A stretch of 64,000 nucleotides of DNA from an uncultured bacterium (GTDB lineage Bacteria; Patescibacteriota; Minisyncoccia; Phycocordibacterales; GWA1-40-21): positions 47,984 through 111,983 of the forward strand of contig CAWJAN010000004.1 in assembly GCA_963840885.1 (NCBI GenBank), in the 5' to 3' direction. Shown one piece after another: positions 17,550 through 27,174 of this stretch (position 1 is the stretch's first letter; every line of letters begins with the position of its first letter). A model generated the notes under the pieces. It saw only the letters and a program-made list of their open reading frames with translations. It made no database searches and was not told the origin of the DNA. The translations under genes and the position numbers were made by a program.

Positions 17550-20500
17550 ATGCCAGAAAAATTCATCCATCTCCATACCCATTCGCATTATTCCCTTCTG
17601 AATGCGCTGCCAAAAATAAAGGATCTGGTGAAAGCCGCGAAGGAAAACGGCATGCCTGCTCTCGCGCTTACGGACGCCGGAAACATGTACGGCGCCATAG
17701 AATTTTACCAGGCCTGCAAAAAAAATGAGATAAAGCCGATAATAGGCGTGGATTTTTATGTCGCATCGAGGAATCGCGCCGAAAAGCAGAGCGGCATAGA
17801 TTCAAGAAGATTCCGACTCGTCCTTCTGGCAAAAGATGAGGAAGGATATAAAAACCTGATAAAGCTCGTTACCTATTCGTACTTTGAGGGATTCTATTAT
17901 AAGCCTAGGATAGACCGAGAACTCATAGAAAAATATTCCGAAGGCCTTATATGCATAATACCGCACTTTTCCGGAGAAACTTCTATGGCGCTCAAAAACA
18001 ATGATTCCGAAAAAGCAGAAAATATAATTGGCTGGTATAAAAAAATATTCGGCAAGGAAAATTTATTTTTGGAAATAACTCATCATCCTGAAATCGATGG
18101 TCAGATAGAACTCAAGGAAAAAATAAAAAAACTGGCGCACGAAACCAGAACCGAACTTGTGGCAGCTCATGACGTATATTATCTTAAACCGGAAGACAAG
18201 CCGGCTAGGGATACTCTTGTGGAAGTGAATTCTCATGCCGATTTTTCGGAAAGAGCGGAACATGAAAGTAAGGATGATTTTTCTTTCATCGCCGCTGAAA
18301 AAGCGGAAGAATATTTCAAGAACGAGCCGGAGGCTATAAAAAACACGTTAAAAATCGCCGAAATGTGCAACCTTTCTCTTGTTCTTGGAAAAGATGCCTG
18401 GAAGTTCCCGAACTTCGTGGTAGAAAGCGGCCTATCGCACGACGAAGAGCTGAAGAAGATAGCTTTTGAAGGCATTACGAAAAGAGGCCTTCCTCATTCT
18501 CCGGACATAGTGACAAGGCTCGAATATGAGCTAGAAGTGATAAAGAACAAGGGATATTCAAAATACTTCCTTGTCGTTGCCGACTTGCTTAAATATTCTG
18601 ACGATCACGGCATCTATACCAATATCAGAGGGTCTGTTGCAGGATCGATGGTCACATATCTGACCGGCATTACAAAAGTAAATCCTCTCGAATATAAGCT
18701 GCCTTTCGAAAGATTCCTCAATCCGGAACGACCTTCAGCGCCGGATATAGATATGGACTTTGCCGACAACCGCCGCGACGAGGTCATAGATTATGTCAGA
18801 GAAAAATACGGCAAAGAAAATGTGGCGCAGATAGGTACTTTCGGAACAATGATGGCGCGCGGCGCCGTGCGCGATGTTGCGAGAGCTCTCAAATATCCGC
18901 TGACTCTTGCTGACAAAATTGCAAAGCTTATTCCTTTCGGCGCCCAGGGTTTCCCGATGACGATTGACCGCGCTCTTAAAGAAACTCCGGAGCTCAATGA
19001 CTGGTACGAAAAAGATGCGGACGTAAAGAATATCCTGGACATGGCGAAAAAAATCGAAGGATGTGCCAGACATATCAGCGTGCATGCCGCCGGCGTTGTC
19101 ATCTCGCCTGATGCGCTTGTAAATTATGTCCCTCTTCAATACGATACTAAGGAAGGAAATAAGATCATTACCCAGTACGACATGAATTCTGTCGGCGAAG
19201 ACGGCGTAGGGCTTTTGAAATTCGACTTCTTGGGAATCAGGAATCTCTCCATCCTCGCCGATGCCGTCGACCGCGTCAAAAAAATTGAAGGAAAGGATAT
19301 GGACATAGAAAAAATCCCGCTTGATGACAAAAAAACATATGAGATGCTTTCACGCGGCGACACCATCGGCGTCTTCCAGCTCAATGGACAAGGTATGACG
19401 AAAGCACTCAAAGAACTGAAGCCGACCGTCATCCACGACATAAATGTAATGGTCGCCCTATACAGGCCTGGACCTATGGACAATATATACGAATATATAG
19501 CGAGGAAGCATGGAGAAAAGCCTGTGAGTTACCTTCATCCAAGAATGAAAGATTATCTTGATACCACTTTCGGCGTGCTCGTTTACCAGGATGACCTTCT
19601 TATGACTGCCATTGAAGTCGCCGGATATACCTGGGGCGAAGCTGACAAGTTCAGAAAAGCCGTGGGAAAAAAGATTCCTGAAGAGATGGCCAAGCAGCAT
19701 ATAAAATTCGTCGAAGGCTGCGTGAAAAACGGCGACATGACGGAGAAAAAAGCCGAAGCCCTTTGGAAACTATTCGAGCCTTTTCAAGGCTACGGATTCA
19801 ACAAAGCCCATGCCGCAAGCTATGGCCGCGTCTCCTATCAGACTGCTTATATGAAAGCGAATTTTCCGGCCATATATATGTCTGCAGTGCTGAGCGCCGA
19901 ATCAGGGGACGTGGAAAAAATAGCTGAGACCGTTGCCGACTGCAAAAAAATCGGCATTCCAGTATTGCCTCCGTCGGTCAACGAATCCTTCAGCCAATTC
20001 ACGGTGGTAAAGACGCCAGGCATATCTCCGGAAGATACCGGGCCGAACCGCGACAAGATCCGCTTCGGCCTCATGACCATCAAGAATTTCGGCGAGGAGA
20101 TTTCCCACGCAATCATCCGGAACCGGAAAGAAAAAGGAAAGTTCAAATCACTCTCCGACTTTCTCGAGCGCATCATCGACAAGAATCTCAATAAGCGCTC
20201 GCTTGATGCCCTCATAAAATCCGGCGCCCTCGACGAATTCGCCGACCGCGGAATCATGCTCGCGAATATGGAAAAACTTCTGGAATACAACAAGGAAGCC
20301 GCCAAGAGCGACGGCTCGCAGGATTCTCTTTTCGGTATGTTTGACCTGTCCGGTCAGGAAGGAACAGAGGCCCATCATGAAAATCTGCGGCTTGAACCGG
20401 CATCCGATATCACTCCAAAACAAAAGCTTGAATGGGAAAAAGAGCTTCTCGGCCTCTATATTTCCGGCCACCCGCTCGACAAATACCGCGAGAAGCTGGA

Positions 20501-20810
20501 GAAACAGGAAATAAATATAAAGAAAATAAAAGAAGAAACGGATTCCGTAAGAAAAAAGATAGACGACGGCAAGCCTATAGGCGCAATGGTGGAAAGCGTC
20601 CGCTCATTCATAACAAAAAATAATGAGCAGATGGTGTTTTTGAAAATTACCGATCTTACAGGCTCCATAGAAGCCGTGGCTTTTCCGAGGACCTATTCGG
20701 TTTACAAGGATGCTTTGCAGGAGGACAAATGCATAGCCGCAATCTGCAAAGTTTCGGACCGAAACGGCGAGATCAGCTTGATAATAGAGCGGGTTAAGGT
20801 TTTGGAATAA
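17550..20810 (+). CDS. dnaE: DNA polymerase III alpha subunit
   Basis: MPEKFIHLHTHSHYSLLNALP is the PHP-domain N-terminus. DnaE palm, fingers and OB regions are present. Length ~1086 aa. The start is set at MPEKF (17550). Confidence 0.9.
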   Translation: MPEKFIHLHTHSHYSLLNALPKIKDLVKAAKENGMPALALTDAGNMYGAIEFYQACKKNEIKPIIGVDFYVASRNRAEKQSGIDSRRFRLVLLAKDEEGYKNLIKLVTYSYFEGFYYKPRIDRELIEKYSEGLICIIPHFSGETSMALKNNDSEKAENIIGWYKKIFGKENLFLEITHHPEIDGQIELKEKIKKLAHETRTELVAAHDVYYLKPEDKPARDTLVEVNSHADFSERAEHESKDDFSFIAAEKAEEYFKNEPEAIKNTLKIAEMCNLSLVLGKDAWKFPNFVVESGLSHDEELKKIAFEGITKRGLPHSPDIVTRLEYELEVIKNKGYSKYFLVVADLLKYSDDHGIYTNIRGSVAGSMVTYLTGITKVNPLEYKLPFERFLNPERPSAPDIDMDFADNRRDEVIDYVREKYGKENVAQIGTFGTMMARGAVRDVARALKYPLTLADKIAKLIPFGAQGFPMTIDRALKETPELNDWYEKDADVKNILDMAKKIEGCARHISVHAAGVVISPDALVNYVPLQYDTKEGNKIITQYDMNSVGEDGVGLLKFDFLGIRNLSILADAVDRVKKIEGKDMDIEKIPLDDKKTYEMLSRGDTIGVFQLNGQGMTKALKELKPTVIHDINVMVALYRPGPMDNIYEYIARKHGEKPVSYLHPRMKDYLDTTFGVLVYQDDLLMTAIEVAGYTWGEADKFRKAVGKKIPEEMAKQHIKFVEGCVKNGDMTEKKAEALWKLFEPFQGYGFNKAHAASYGRVSYQTAYMKANFPAIYMSAVLSAESGDVEKIAETVADCKKIGIPVLPPSVNESFSQFTVVKTPGISPEDTGPNRDKIRFGLMTIKNFGEEISHAIIRNRKEKGKFKSLSDFLERIIDKNLNKRSLDALIKSGALDEFADRGIMLANMEKLLEYNKEAAKSDGSQDSLFGMFDLSGQEGTEAHHENLRLEPASDITPKQKLEWEKELLGLYISGHPLDKYREKLEKQEINIKKIKEETDSVRKKIDDGKPIGAMVESVRSFITKNNEQMVFLKITDLTGSIEAVAFPRTYSVYKDALQEDKCIAAICKVSDRNGEISLIIERVKVLE

Positions 20811-20857
20811 AGGTTTGACACTAATGATATATTTGACTACTATATAAGAGAAAAAGA

Positions 20858-20975
20858 TTATCGCGACTACCAATCGCTTAAAAAGTAATCTTCTAATGAG
20901 AACAAATTCGGGTGGAACCGCGGTGAGAATCGCCCCGATAAAAAACGAATAATTCGTTTTTTATCGGGGCGATTT
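20858..20975 (+). promoter_or_regulatory. T-box-like leader upstream of thrS
   Basis: Consensus T-box sequence aaattcGGGTGGaACCGCGGtg at 20904-20924. A 21-bp perfect terminator hairpin with a U-tract follows at 20928-20972. A small upstream hairpin GCGA-CUACCAA-UCGC (20863-20877) has ACC (Thr) followed by A in the loop. Confidence 0.45.
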
Positions 20976-20994
20976 TATATAATAAACAAATACT

Positions 20995-22731
20995 ATGGAT
21001 GAAAACTTAAAGAAAATCAGGCATTCTCTCGCCCACCTTTTGGGTGCATCGGTTTTGGAACTTTGGCCAGACACGAAGCTCGCCATCGGACCGGCAATAG
21101 ACAACGGCTTTTACTACGACTTTGATTTTGAAAAACCAATTACTGACAAGGACCTCGGAAAAATCGAACAGAAAATGCGCGAGCTTTTGAAAAAGTGGAA
21201 GGGTTTTGAAAGGACGGAAGTCACGGAAAAGGAAGCCAAAAAAATCTTTGGAAAAAATCCATACAAGACTGAGCTTATTGAAGAACATGCCGAAGCCGGA
21301 GACAAGCTAACTACCTATAAATCCGGAGACTTTTTGGATTTCTGCGCAGGCGGGCACGTGGATGATATGAAAGAAATCAAAAGCGATGCATTCAAGCTCG
21401 ACCGCGTCGCTGGTGCCTATTGGCGCGGAGACGAAAAAAACAAAATGCTTACTCGCATTTACGGACTAGCTTTCGCTTCCAAAGCTGAGCTGGAAGCCTA
21501 CGAAAAGATTATCGAGGAAGCGGAAAAAAGGGATCACCGAAAACTCGGCAAAGACCTTGATCTTTTCACATTCTCTCCTCTTGTAGGTCCGGGCCTTCCG
21601 CTCTGGACGCCAAAAGGAACGATTCTCCGAAATGAACTGGATAATTTTATCTGGGAACTAAGAAAGGAAAAAGGATTCCAGAAAGTCACTATTCCACATC
21701 TGACAAAAAAAGATCTTTATGAAACTTCCGGACACTGGGAAAAGTTCGGTGACAGTTTGTTTAAGATAAAAACCCGAGAAGGAAAGGAATACGCGGTTAA
21801 GCCGATGAATTGCCCGCACCATACGCAAATATTTGCCAGAATGCCTCATACATACAAGCAAATGCCGGAGCGTTATTCTGAGACCACGATGGTCTACCGC
21901 GATGAGCAGTCCGGCGAGCTTGGCGGCCTTACCCGCGTGCTTTCCATCACCCAAGATGATGCTCATATTTTCTGCAGGCACGGCCAGATAAAAGACGAGT
22001 TTAATGGCATTTGGGATATCATAGAAACAGTGTACAAGACTTTCGGCTTCGAACTGCGGGTACGATTGTCATTTCATGATCCGGAACATATGGAAAAATA
22101 TCTTGGCACCAAAGAAATCTGGAAAAATGCCGAATCAACTCTTGAAGAACTTGCGAAAGCAAGAAAGGCAAAATATTTCATTGGTGTCGGGGAAGCCGCT
22201 TTATACGGACCAAAGCTCGATTTTATGGCGAAAGATTCCCTTGGCCGCGAGCATCAGGTCGCCACAATACAGCTCGATATGAACCTGCCGGAAAGATTCG
22301 ATCTTTATTGCATAAACGAAAAAAACGAGCATGAAAGGATAGTGATGCTCCACTGCGCCATCATGGGCTCAATCGAAAGATTCTCGGCAGTTCTCATAGA
22401 ACATCTTTCTGGCAACTTCCCTCTTTGGCTTTCGCCGGTCCAGATAAAAATCGTCCCGGTCAGGGAAAATCACAACGAATACGCGGAAAAAATTTCTGCG
22501 GAGCTCGCAAAAGAAGGCTTCCGTGTGGACTGCGATACAAGAGACGGCAATATGGGAGGAAAAGTCCGCGATGCAAAAAATAACAGAATTCCCTACACCA
22601 TAATAGTCGGCGACAAGGATATTGAAGCTAAAAAGATTTCCGTAGAGTCTCGAGACCGCGGACAGCTCGGGCAAAAAGATCTTGGCGATTTTATAAAAGA
22701 TATAAAATCGGAAATGGAGAAAAAATCTTAA
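20995..22731 (+). CDS. thrS: Threonyl-tRNA synthetase, lacking the N-terminal TGS (N1) domain
   Basis: The protein begins in the N2 editing domain (HSLAHLLG HxxxH). Class II motifs and the C-terminal anticodon-binding domain are present. Length 578 aa. Confidence 0.9.
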   Translation: MDENLKKIRHSLAHLLGASVLELWPDTKLAIGPAIDNGFYYDFDFEKPITDKDLGKIEQKMRELLKKWKGFERTEVTEKEAKKIFGKNPYKTELIEEHAEAGDKLTTYKSGDFLDFCAGGHVDDMKEIKSDAFKLDRVAGAYWRGDEKNKMLTRIYGLAFASKAELEAYEKIIEEAEKRDHRKLGKDLDLFTFSPLVGPGLPLWTPKGTILRNELDNFIWELRKEKGFQKVTIPHLTKKDLYETSGHWEKFGDSLFKIKTREGKEYAVKPMNCPHHTQIFARMPHTYKQMPERYSETTMVYRDEQSGELGGLTRVLSITQDDAHIFCRHGQIKDEFNGIWDIIETVYKTFGFELRVRLSFHDPEHMEKYLGTKEIWKNAESTLEELAKARKAKYFIGVGEAALYGPKLDFMAKDSLGREHQVATIQLDMNLPERFDLYCINEKNEHERIVMLHCAIMGSIERFSAVLIEHLSGNFPLWLSPVQIKIVPVRENHNEYAEKISAELAKEGFRVDCDTRDGNMGGKVRDAKNNRIPYTIIVGDKDIEAKKISVESRDRGQLGQKDLGDFIKDIKSEMEKKS

Positions 22732-22735
22732 ATTT

Positions 22736-22936
22736 ATGGAACCTTTGGGAAAAAATAAAGGGGTGATAGCGGACGGCATAGCTTTGCCTTTTTGGGCCAT
22801 ACTCCTTATGTATGCGTTCTGGAAAATAAATGGCGGAGACCAGACTGCCTGGATAATAGTACTTATCATAGGCGTCGCATCTGTAGTGGACTTCAGCCTT
22901 GTCTGGGAATTCTTTGCTAAAAGATTAAGAAAATAA
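22736..22936 (+). CDS. Hypothetical small membrane protein (66 aa)
   Basis: Two TM-like segments. A terminator hairpin follows at ~22944-22978. Confidence 0.3.
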   Translation: MEPLGKNKGVIADGIALPFWAILLMYAFWKINGGDQTAWIIVLIIGVASVVDFSLVWEFFAKRLRK

Positions 22937-23249
22937 GTCAAATAAAAAAGCAGAGGATTAATAATCCTCTGCTTCGTTTTGCAAACGATATTCATTTCTG
23001 AATTTTTCCTTTGCACGACGACACATGATTCTCTAGGCGGCCAAAACGGATGTTTTGGCCGCATTTTGGACATGGGTCGCAGCAAGGAAGTATACAAGAA
23101 CGATTCGGTTGCGGCGGTGAATTATGATGCGAACATTTGCATATGTCCTCACCAGTTGCAATAGCGGTGTTTTCAGGGTCTTTCATAACCACCTCCGGAT
23201 AAAAATGGCTTACAAAAAAATTTTACGCTTTTTTGCCTGCAAGTCAAAC

Positions 23250-23885
23250 TTAATTTATGGGATTTTCGCTTACAAACTCAGCCTGCACTATATACCTGTC
23301 TTCTTTTGCTGCAAAAGTATTGCAGGTAGTTAGGGTGAGCATTCTGTTTTTTACATCGAAAACAACTTCTATATTGCTCGCCTTATCCATGCGCACTGAT
23401 GTGACGCTGTAGACGTATTCGTTCTTGTCTGAAAATACAGAAATCTTATCGCCAGGCTTCAGGTCTTTGAGGCCCACGAAAGTCTTGTATGCCTGGTTAT
23501 GCACGACCGGAAGACTCGTGCTATGTCCGAAAATAAAAATATTCCCTATTCCGCCAAGAAGGCCTGAACCCGGATATCTCACTGCGCCTTTTTCAAGAAA
23601 ACTGTCGAGAACATCAGTGCTCGTGCTGTCTGGATTGTATACTTGCGTATCGATTCCCACTTCCGGTATTTTGACTTCTAGCGGGACTTCGCCGTTTTGG
23701 CTCAGAGTCGTATTTTCCGGATATCTTCCGACTATTGTATCGAATTCCGACGGGACCAGATTAAAAAGGTAAAGTATGGCAAAAGTCGCAGTAAGTATGA
23801 TCAAGAAATACAAAATGAACGAGAGTTTGTTCTCCCATACGAATCTGACAAGGCTTTTTGGTTTTTCTTGGCTGTTTTTCAGCAT
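23250..23885 (-). CDS. Sortase-family transpeptidase
   Basis: N-terminal TM anchor. The conserved His (IFGHSTS) and the TLxTC active-site motif (MLTLTTCNTF) are present. Confidence 0.75.
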   Translation of the reverse strand: MLKNSQEKPKSLVRFVWENKLSFILYFLIILTATFAILYLFNLVPSEFDTIVGRYPENTTLSQNGEVPLEVKIPEVGIDTQVYNPDSTSTDVLDSFLEKGAVRYPGSGLLGGIGNIFIFGHSTSLPVVHNQAYKTFVGLKDLKPGDKISVFSDKNEYVYSVTSVRMDKASNIEVVFDVKNRMLTLTTCNTFAAKEDRYIVQAEFVSENPIN

Positions 23886-23908
23886 GATTTTGGCTTAATT
23901 GTATCTAC

Positions 23909-23937
23909 TTGACAATGAAAGTCAAGTAATATATAAT
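23909..23937 (+). promoter_or_regulatory. Consensus sigma70-type promoter (TTGACA, 17 nt, TATAAT) with an overlapping inverted repeat CTTGAC-N7-GTCAAG
   Basis: The -35 element TTGACA is at 23909-23914, followed by a 17-nt spacer and the -10 TATAAT at 23932-23937, ~30 nt upstream of the 23969 ATG. The palindrome CTTGACaatgaaaGTCAAG (23908-23926) overlaps the -35. Confidence 0.45.
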
Positions 23938-23968
23938 ACTGATATTAATAAGATAAGAACATAATACC

Positions 23969-24967
23969 ATGCCTGAACAAAAAGTAGAAAAAAAGACATC
24001 AAAAGCAAGGGAATACGGGCTTATTGCGGCTATTGTAGCCGGAGTAATCTTCTTCCTCGCCATTTTCGTATACTTGCCTATAAAACTCATTCCGGCAGTA
24101 TTTTCAAACCTTCCGTCAAGTAATCAGACGGCTACCACCCTCTCGGGTGTCCCTGTTTCAGGAAATAGTTCGAACACAGCAACAAACTCAAACACCGCAA
24201 GCGGTTCTAATTCTTCAACAAATCAGAATTCAAATGTTTCCGCTTCAGCCGGAAACACATCTTATAAAGCTCCGGCTCAATACTACGGCCTTCCAGATCT
24301 TCAGGTTCAGCTTGAATCAACCGGCATTATAAATCCATATACTGGACAATATATCCAGACAGCTTATGCTGGATTCAATGACCAGATTGCGGTAAAATTC
24401 ATAGTAAGGAATGTCGGAACAAATGTTTCCGGACCATTCACGGTAAGGCTCAATATGCCGTCATCAAGAACTCCGTATTATGAATCGCCTTCCCAGCAGT
24501 CTATTCTTCCGGGAGATGCTATAGAATTCACCGGATCATTCGACAGCCCTACAGCAACAGGAATCATAACAGGATACATCACTGCCGATCCATATAATCA
24601 GATAAACGAGGTTTCAAAAGCAAACAATAATCTCGCGGTTCAATTCGATATTTCAGGAACAAACTGGCAGGGATCTATCCCTAGAGTTTCTCTTCCATAC
24701 GGCACATATTACTCTTGGGTAAATATGGACGTCGTATGTGCAGGATTCCCTTCCACGGCATATGTCGGCAACCAGGTTACCTGGACAGCCACAGCTTCTG
24801 GAGGAAACGGATACTTCGAGTATTCATGGGTTGGAACTGACGGACTCTCATCAACCGGAAATGCAACAGCCAAAACCTATTACACGACCGGCGTAAAAGT
24901 GGCCGATGTGACGGTAACGTCAAACGGCCAGTCAATCACAAAGGAGTGCCTCATAAACGTAATATAA
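23969..24967 (+). CDS. Membrane-anchored surface protein with an S/T/N-rich linker and a CARDB-like beta-sandwich domain
   Basis: N-terminal TM (LIAAIVAGVIFFLAIFVYL). A low-complexity SGNSSNTATNSNTASGSNSS linker follows. CARDB-like segment: LPDLQVQLES...IAVKFIVRNVGTNVSGPFTVRLNMP. Confidence 0.45.
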   Translation: MPEQKVEKKTSKAREYGLIAAIVAGVIFFLAIFVYLPIKLIPAVFSNLPSSNQTATTLSGVPVSGNSSNTATNSNTASGSNSSTNQNSNVSASAGNTSYKAPAQYYGLPDLQVQLESTGIINPYTGQYIQTAYAGFNDQIAVKFIVRNVGTNVSGPFTVRLNMPSSRTPYYESPSQQSILPGDAIEFTGSFDSPTATGIITGYITADPYNQINEVSKANNNLAVQFDISGTNWQGSIPRVSLPYGTYYSWVNMDVVCAGFPSTAYVGNQVTWTATASGGNGYFEYSWVGTDGLSSTGNATAKTYYTTGVKVADVTVTSNGQSITKECLINVI

Positions 24968-24975
24968 TAAACTAA

Positions 24976-25008
24976 TTAAAAAGCCGCGCCCTTCGGGCGC
25001 GGCTTTTT
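24976..25008. terminator. Bidirectional terminator hairpin (AAAAAGCCGCGCCCTTCGGGCGCGGCTTTTT)
   Basis: GC-rich perfect stem with flanking A and T runs, between the convergent genes. Confidence 0.6.
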
Positions 25009-25010
25009 GT

Positions 25011-27086
25011 TTATATATCAATATTCGCCATCTTTGCATTCGACTGGATAAATACCTTTCTAGCCGGAACATCGGTTCCCATAAGCATGTCGAAAATCTT
25101 GTCGGCTTCCTGAGCATCTTCTATGGTTACTCTTTTCATCTGCCTTCTTGCCGGATCCATTGTAGTTTCCCAAAGCTCTTCAGCATTCATTTCTCCGAGA
25201 CCCTTGTATCTCTGTACGGAAACTTTCGGGGTTTTTCCTGATTTCATTTCCTCTCCCATTTCAGCCTCGACTTTTTCTTCTATCAATTCTTCTTCGGAAA
25301 TCTGGGCGTCCGGTATTTTGGATTTTTTAAAATATGCCGTCTTTTCTTCTTCGGAATAAAAATAATGAATTTCCTTTCCGATCTTCACTTTGTAAAGAGG
25401 CGGCTGGGCAATACAGATAAATCCTCCATCGATAAGAGGTTTGAAATATCTGTAGAAAAGAGTGAGGAGAAGAGTCCGTATATGAGCTCCGTCAACGTCG
25501 GCATCGGTAGCTATGATTATTTTATGATACCTGAGTTTTGAAATATCGAACGTATCGCCTATTGCCGTGCCGAAAGCTACGACAAGATTCTTTATCTGCT
25601 CGGAATCAAGCATCCTGTCGAGGCGCGCCCTCTCAATATTTAAAATCTTTCCCCGGAGTGGAAGGATGGCCTGAGTCCTTCTGTCGCGGCCGGTCTTTGC
25701 GGTGCCTCCGGCAGAATCTCCCTCAACGATGAATATTTCGGATTCCGAAGCGTCTTTAGACTGACAGTCGGCAAGCTTGCCAGGCAGAGTCATTCCTTCA
25801 AGAGCTCCTTTTCTGAGTATTGAATCTTTGGCAGCCTTGGCTGCTTTTCTTGCCCTTAGTGCCAAGATAACTTTAGAAACTATGGCCCTTGCATCGTCAG
25901 GATTTTCCTCGAGAAATTCTCCGAAAGCTTCACCGAATACTTCTTCCACAGCTCCTCTTGCTTCTACAGAGCCAAGCTTGGCCTTTGTCTGTCCTTCAAA
26001 CTGTATTTCCCGTATCTTTACCGATACTACGGCGGTAAGGCCTTCGAGGACATCATCTCCGGTAAAATTATCTTCGCTTTCTTTGACTATTCCGTTTTTC
26101 CTGGCGTAATTATTCAAGCTTCTTGTAAGAGCTGTCTTGAAACCAGTCAAATGCGTTCCTCCTTCCGGAGTCTCGATATTGTTTGCAAACGCGATGATCC
26201 TAGAAGAGATATCGTCTACATACTGAAGAGACACTTCGACTGATTCAACAAGGCCTGATTTTTTTTCAACGTAAAAAATATTCTTGTGTATCGGCTTCTG
26301 GAACTGATTGTAAAACTTGACCAGGGAAAGAAGACCGCCTTCGAAATAGAAAGAGAAAGACGGCGCCTCAATTCCGAGCTCGGAGAAATAAAATACATCA
26401 TCATTGCTTATTTTTTCCGATACGTTCCTTGCGTCTATAACGGCGATTTTCAGCCCTTTGACCAGATATGCCTGCTGCCTCATATGGGAGACGACTTTTT
26501 TGAAATCAAAAATTAATCCTTCTTTGAAAATTTCCGCATCCGGTTCGAATGTGGTAATTGTTCCATGCTTATCTGTTTTTCCTATTTTCTTTACCGCGGC
26601 TTTTTTCTTTCCTCGGGAATATTCCTGAACATAAATTCCTTCATCTTTATGAACAACAACTTTCATATATACAGAAAGTGCATTTACAACTGAAGCTCCG
26701 ACTCCGTGAAGACCTCCGGAAACTTTGTATCCCGTTTCATCTCCGCCGAATTTTCCTCCGGCATGGAGCGTAGTCATTATAGTTTCAAGCGCGGAGACTT
26801 TGGTCTGCTTATGTATGTCTACTGGAATTCCTCGTCCGTTGTCGGTTACTCTCACTCTGTTTCCGGGAAGAAGCACGACTTCAATGTGGTTTGCAAAACC
26901 ACCCATCGCTTCGTCGCGAGAGTTGTCAAAGATTTCTGTAATGAGATGATGCAAACCGTCCGGACCAGTAGTGCCGATATACATTCCCGGCCTCTTTCTG
27001 ACCGGCTCCAGTCCTTCCAAAACCTGGATGGAACTTGCCGTATAGCCGCCTTCCTTTTTAATATCTTTTTCGTCTTTTTTAGCCAT
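25011..27086 (-). CDS. gyrB: DNA gyrase subunit B (type IIA topoisomerase ATPase subunit)
   Basis: GHKL ATPase motifs (LHHLITEIFDNSRDEAMGG; GLHGVGASVVNALS). The Toprim motifs (EGDSAGG, PLRGKILN) and a C-terminal tail are present. Length 691 aa. No adjacent gyrA. Confidence 0.85.
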   Translation of the reverse strand: MAKKDEKDIKKEGGYTASSIQVLEGLEPVRKRPGMYIGTTGPDGLHHLITEIFDNSRDEAMGGFANHIEVVLLPGNRVRVTDNGRGIPVDIHKQTKVSALETIMTTLHAGGKFGGDETGYKVSGGLHGVGASVVNALSVYMKVVVHKDEGIYVQEYSRGKKKAAVKKIGKTDKHGTITTFEPDAEIFKEGLIFDFKKVVSHMRQQAYLVKGLKIAVIDARNVSEKISNDDVFYFSELGIEAPSFSFYFEGGLLSLVKFYNQFQKPIHKNIFYVEKKSGLVESVEVSLQYVDDISSRIIAFANNIETPEGGTHLTGFKTALTRSLNNYARKNGIVKESEDNFTGDDVLEGLTAVVSVKIREIQFEGQTKAKLGSVEARGAVEEVFGEAFGEFLEENPDDARAIVSKVILALRARKAAKAAKDSILRKGALEGMTLPGKLADCQSKDASESEIFIVEGDSAGGTAKTGRDRRTQAILPLRGKILNIERARLDRMLDSEQIKNLVVAFGTAIGDTFDISKLRYHKIIIATDADVDGAHIRTLLLTLFYRYFKPLIDGGFICIAQPPLYKVKIGKEIHYFYSEEEKTAYFKKSKIPDAQISEEELIEEKVEAEMGEEMKSGKTPKVSVQRYKGLGEMNAEELWETTMDPARRQMKRVTIEDAQEADKIFDMLMGTDVPARKVFIQSNAKMANIDI

Positions 27087-27174
27087 AAAATAAAAACAGC
27101 TTAATTGCTTTTTATAGGCTAATTATACCATTTTCGGCATATAAAGAAAAGGCGATAATCGTCAAAATACTCTG

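Noticed and set aside
22369-23097. 242-aa minus-strand ORF overlapping the 3' end of thrS and the small membrane-protein gene
   Set aside because: It is antisense to the well-supported thrS. The translation is Cys/Phe-rich low complexity. It also spans the terminator at 22944-22978.
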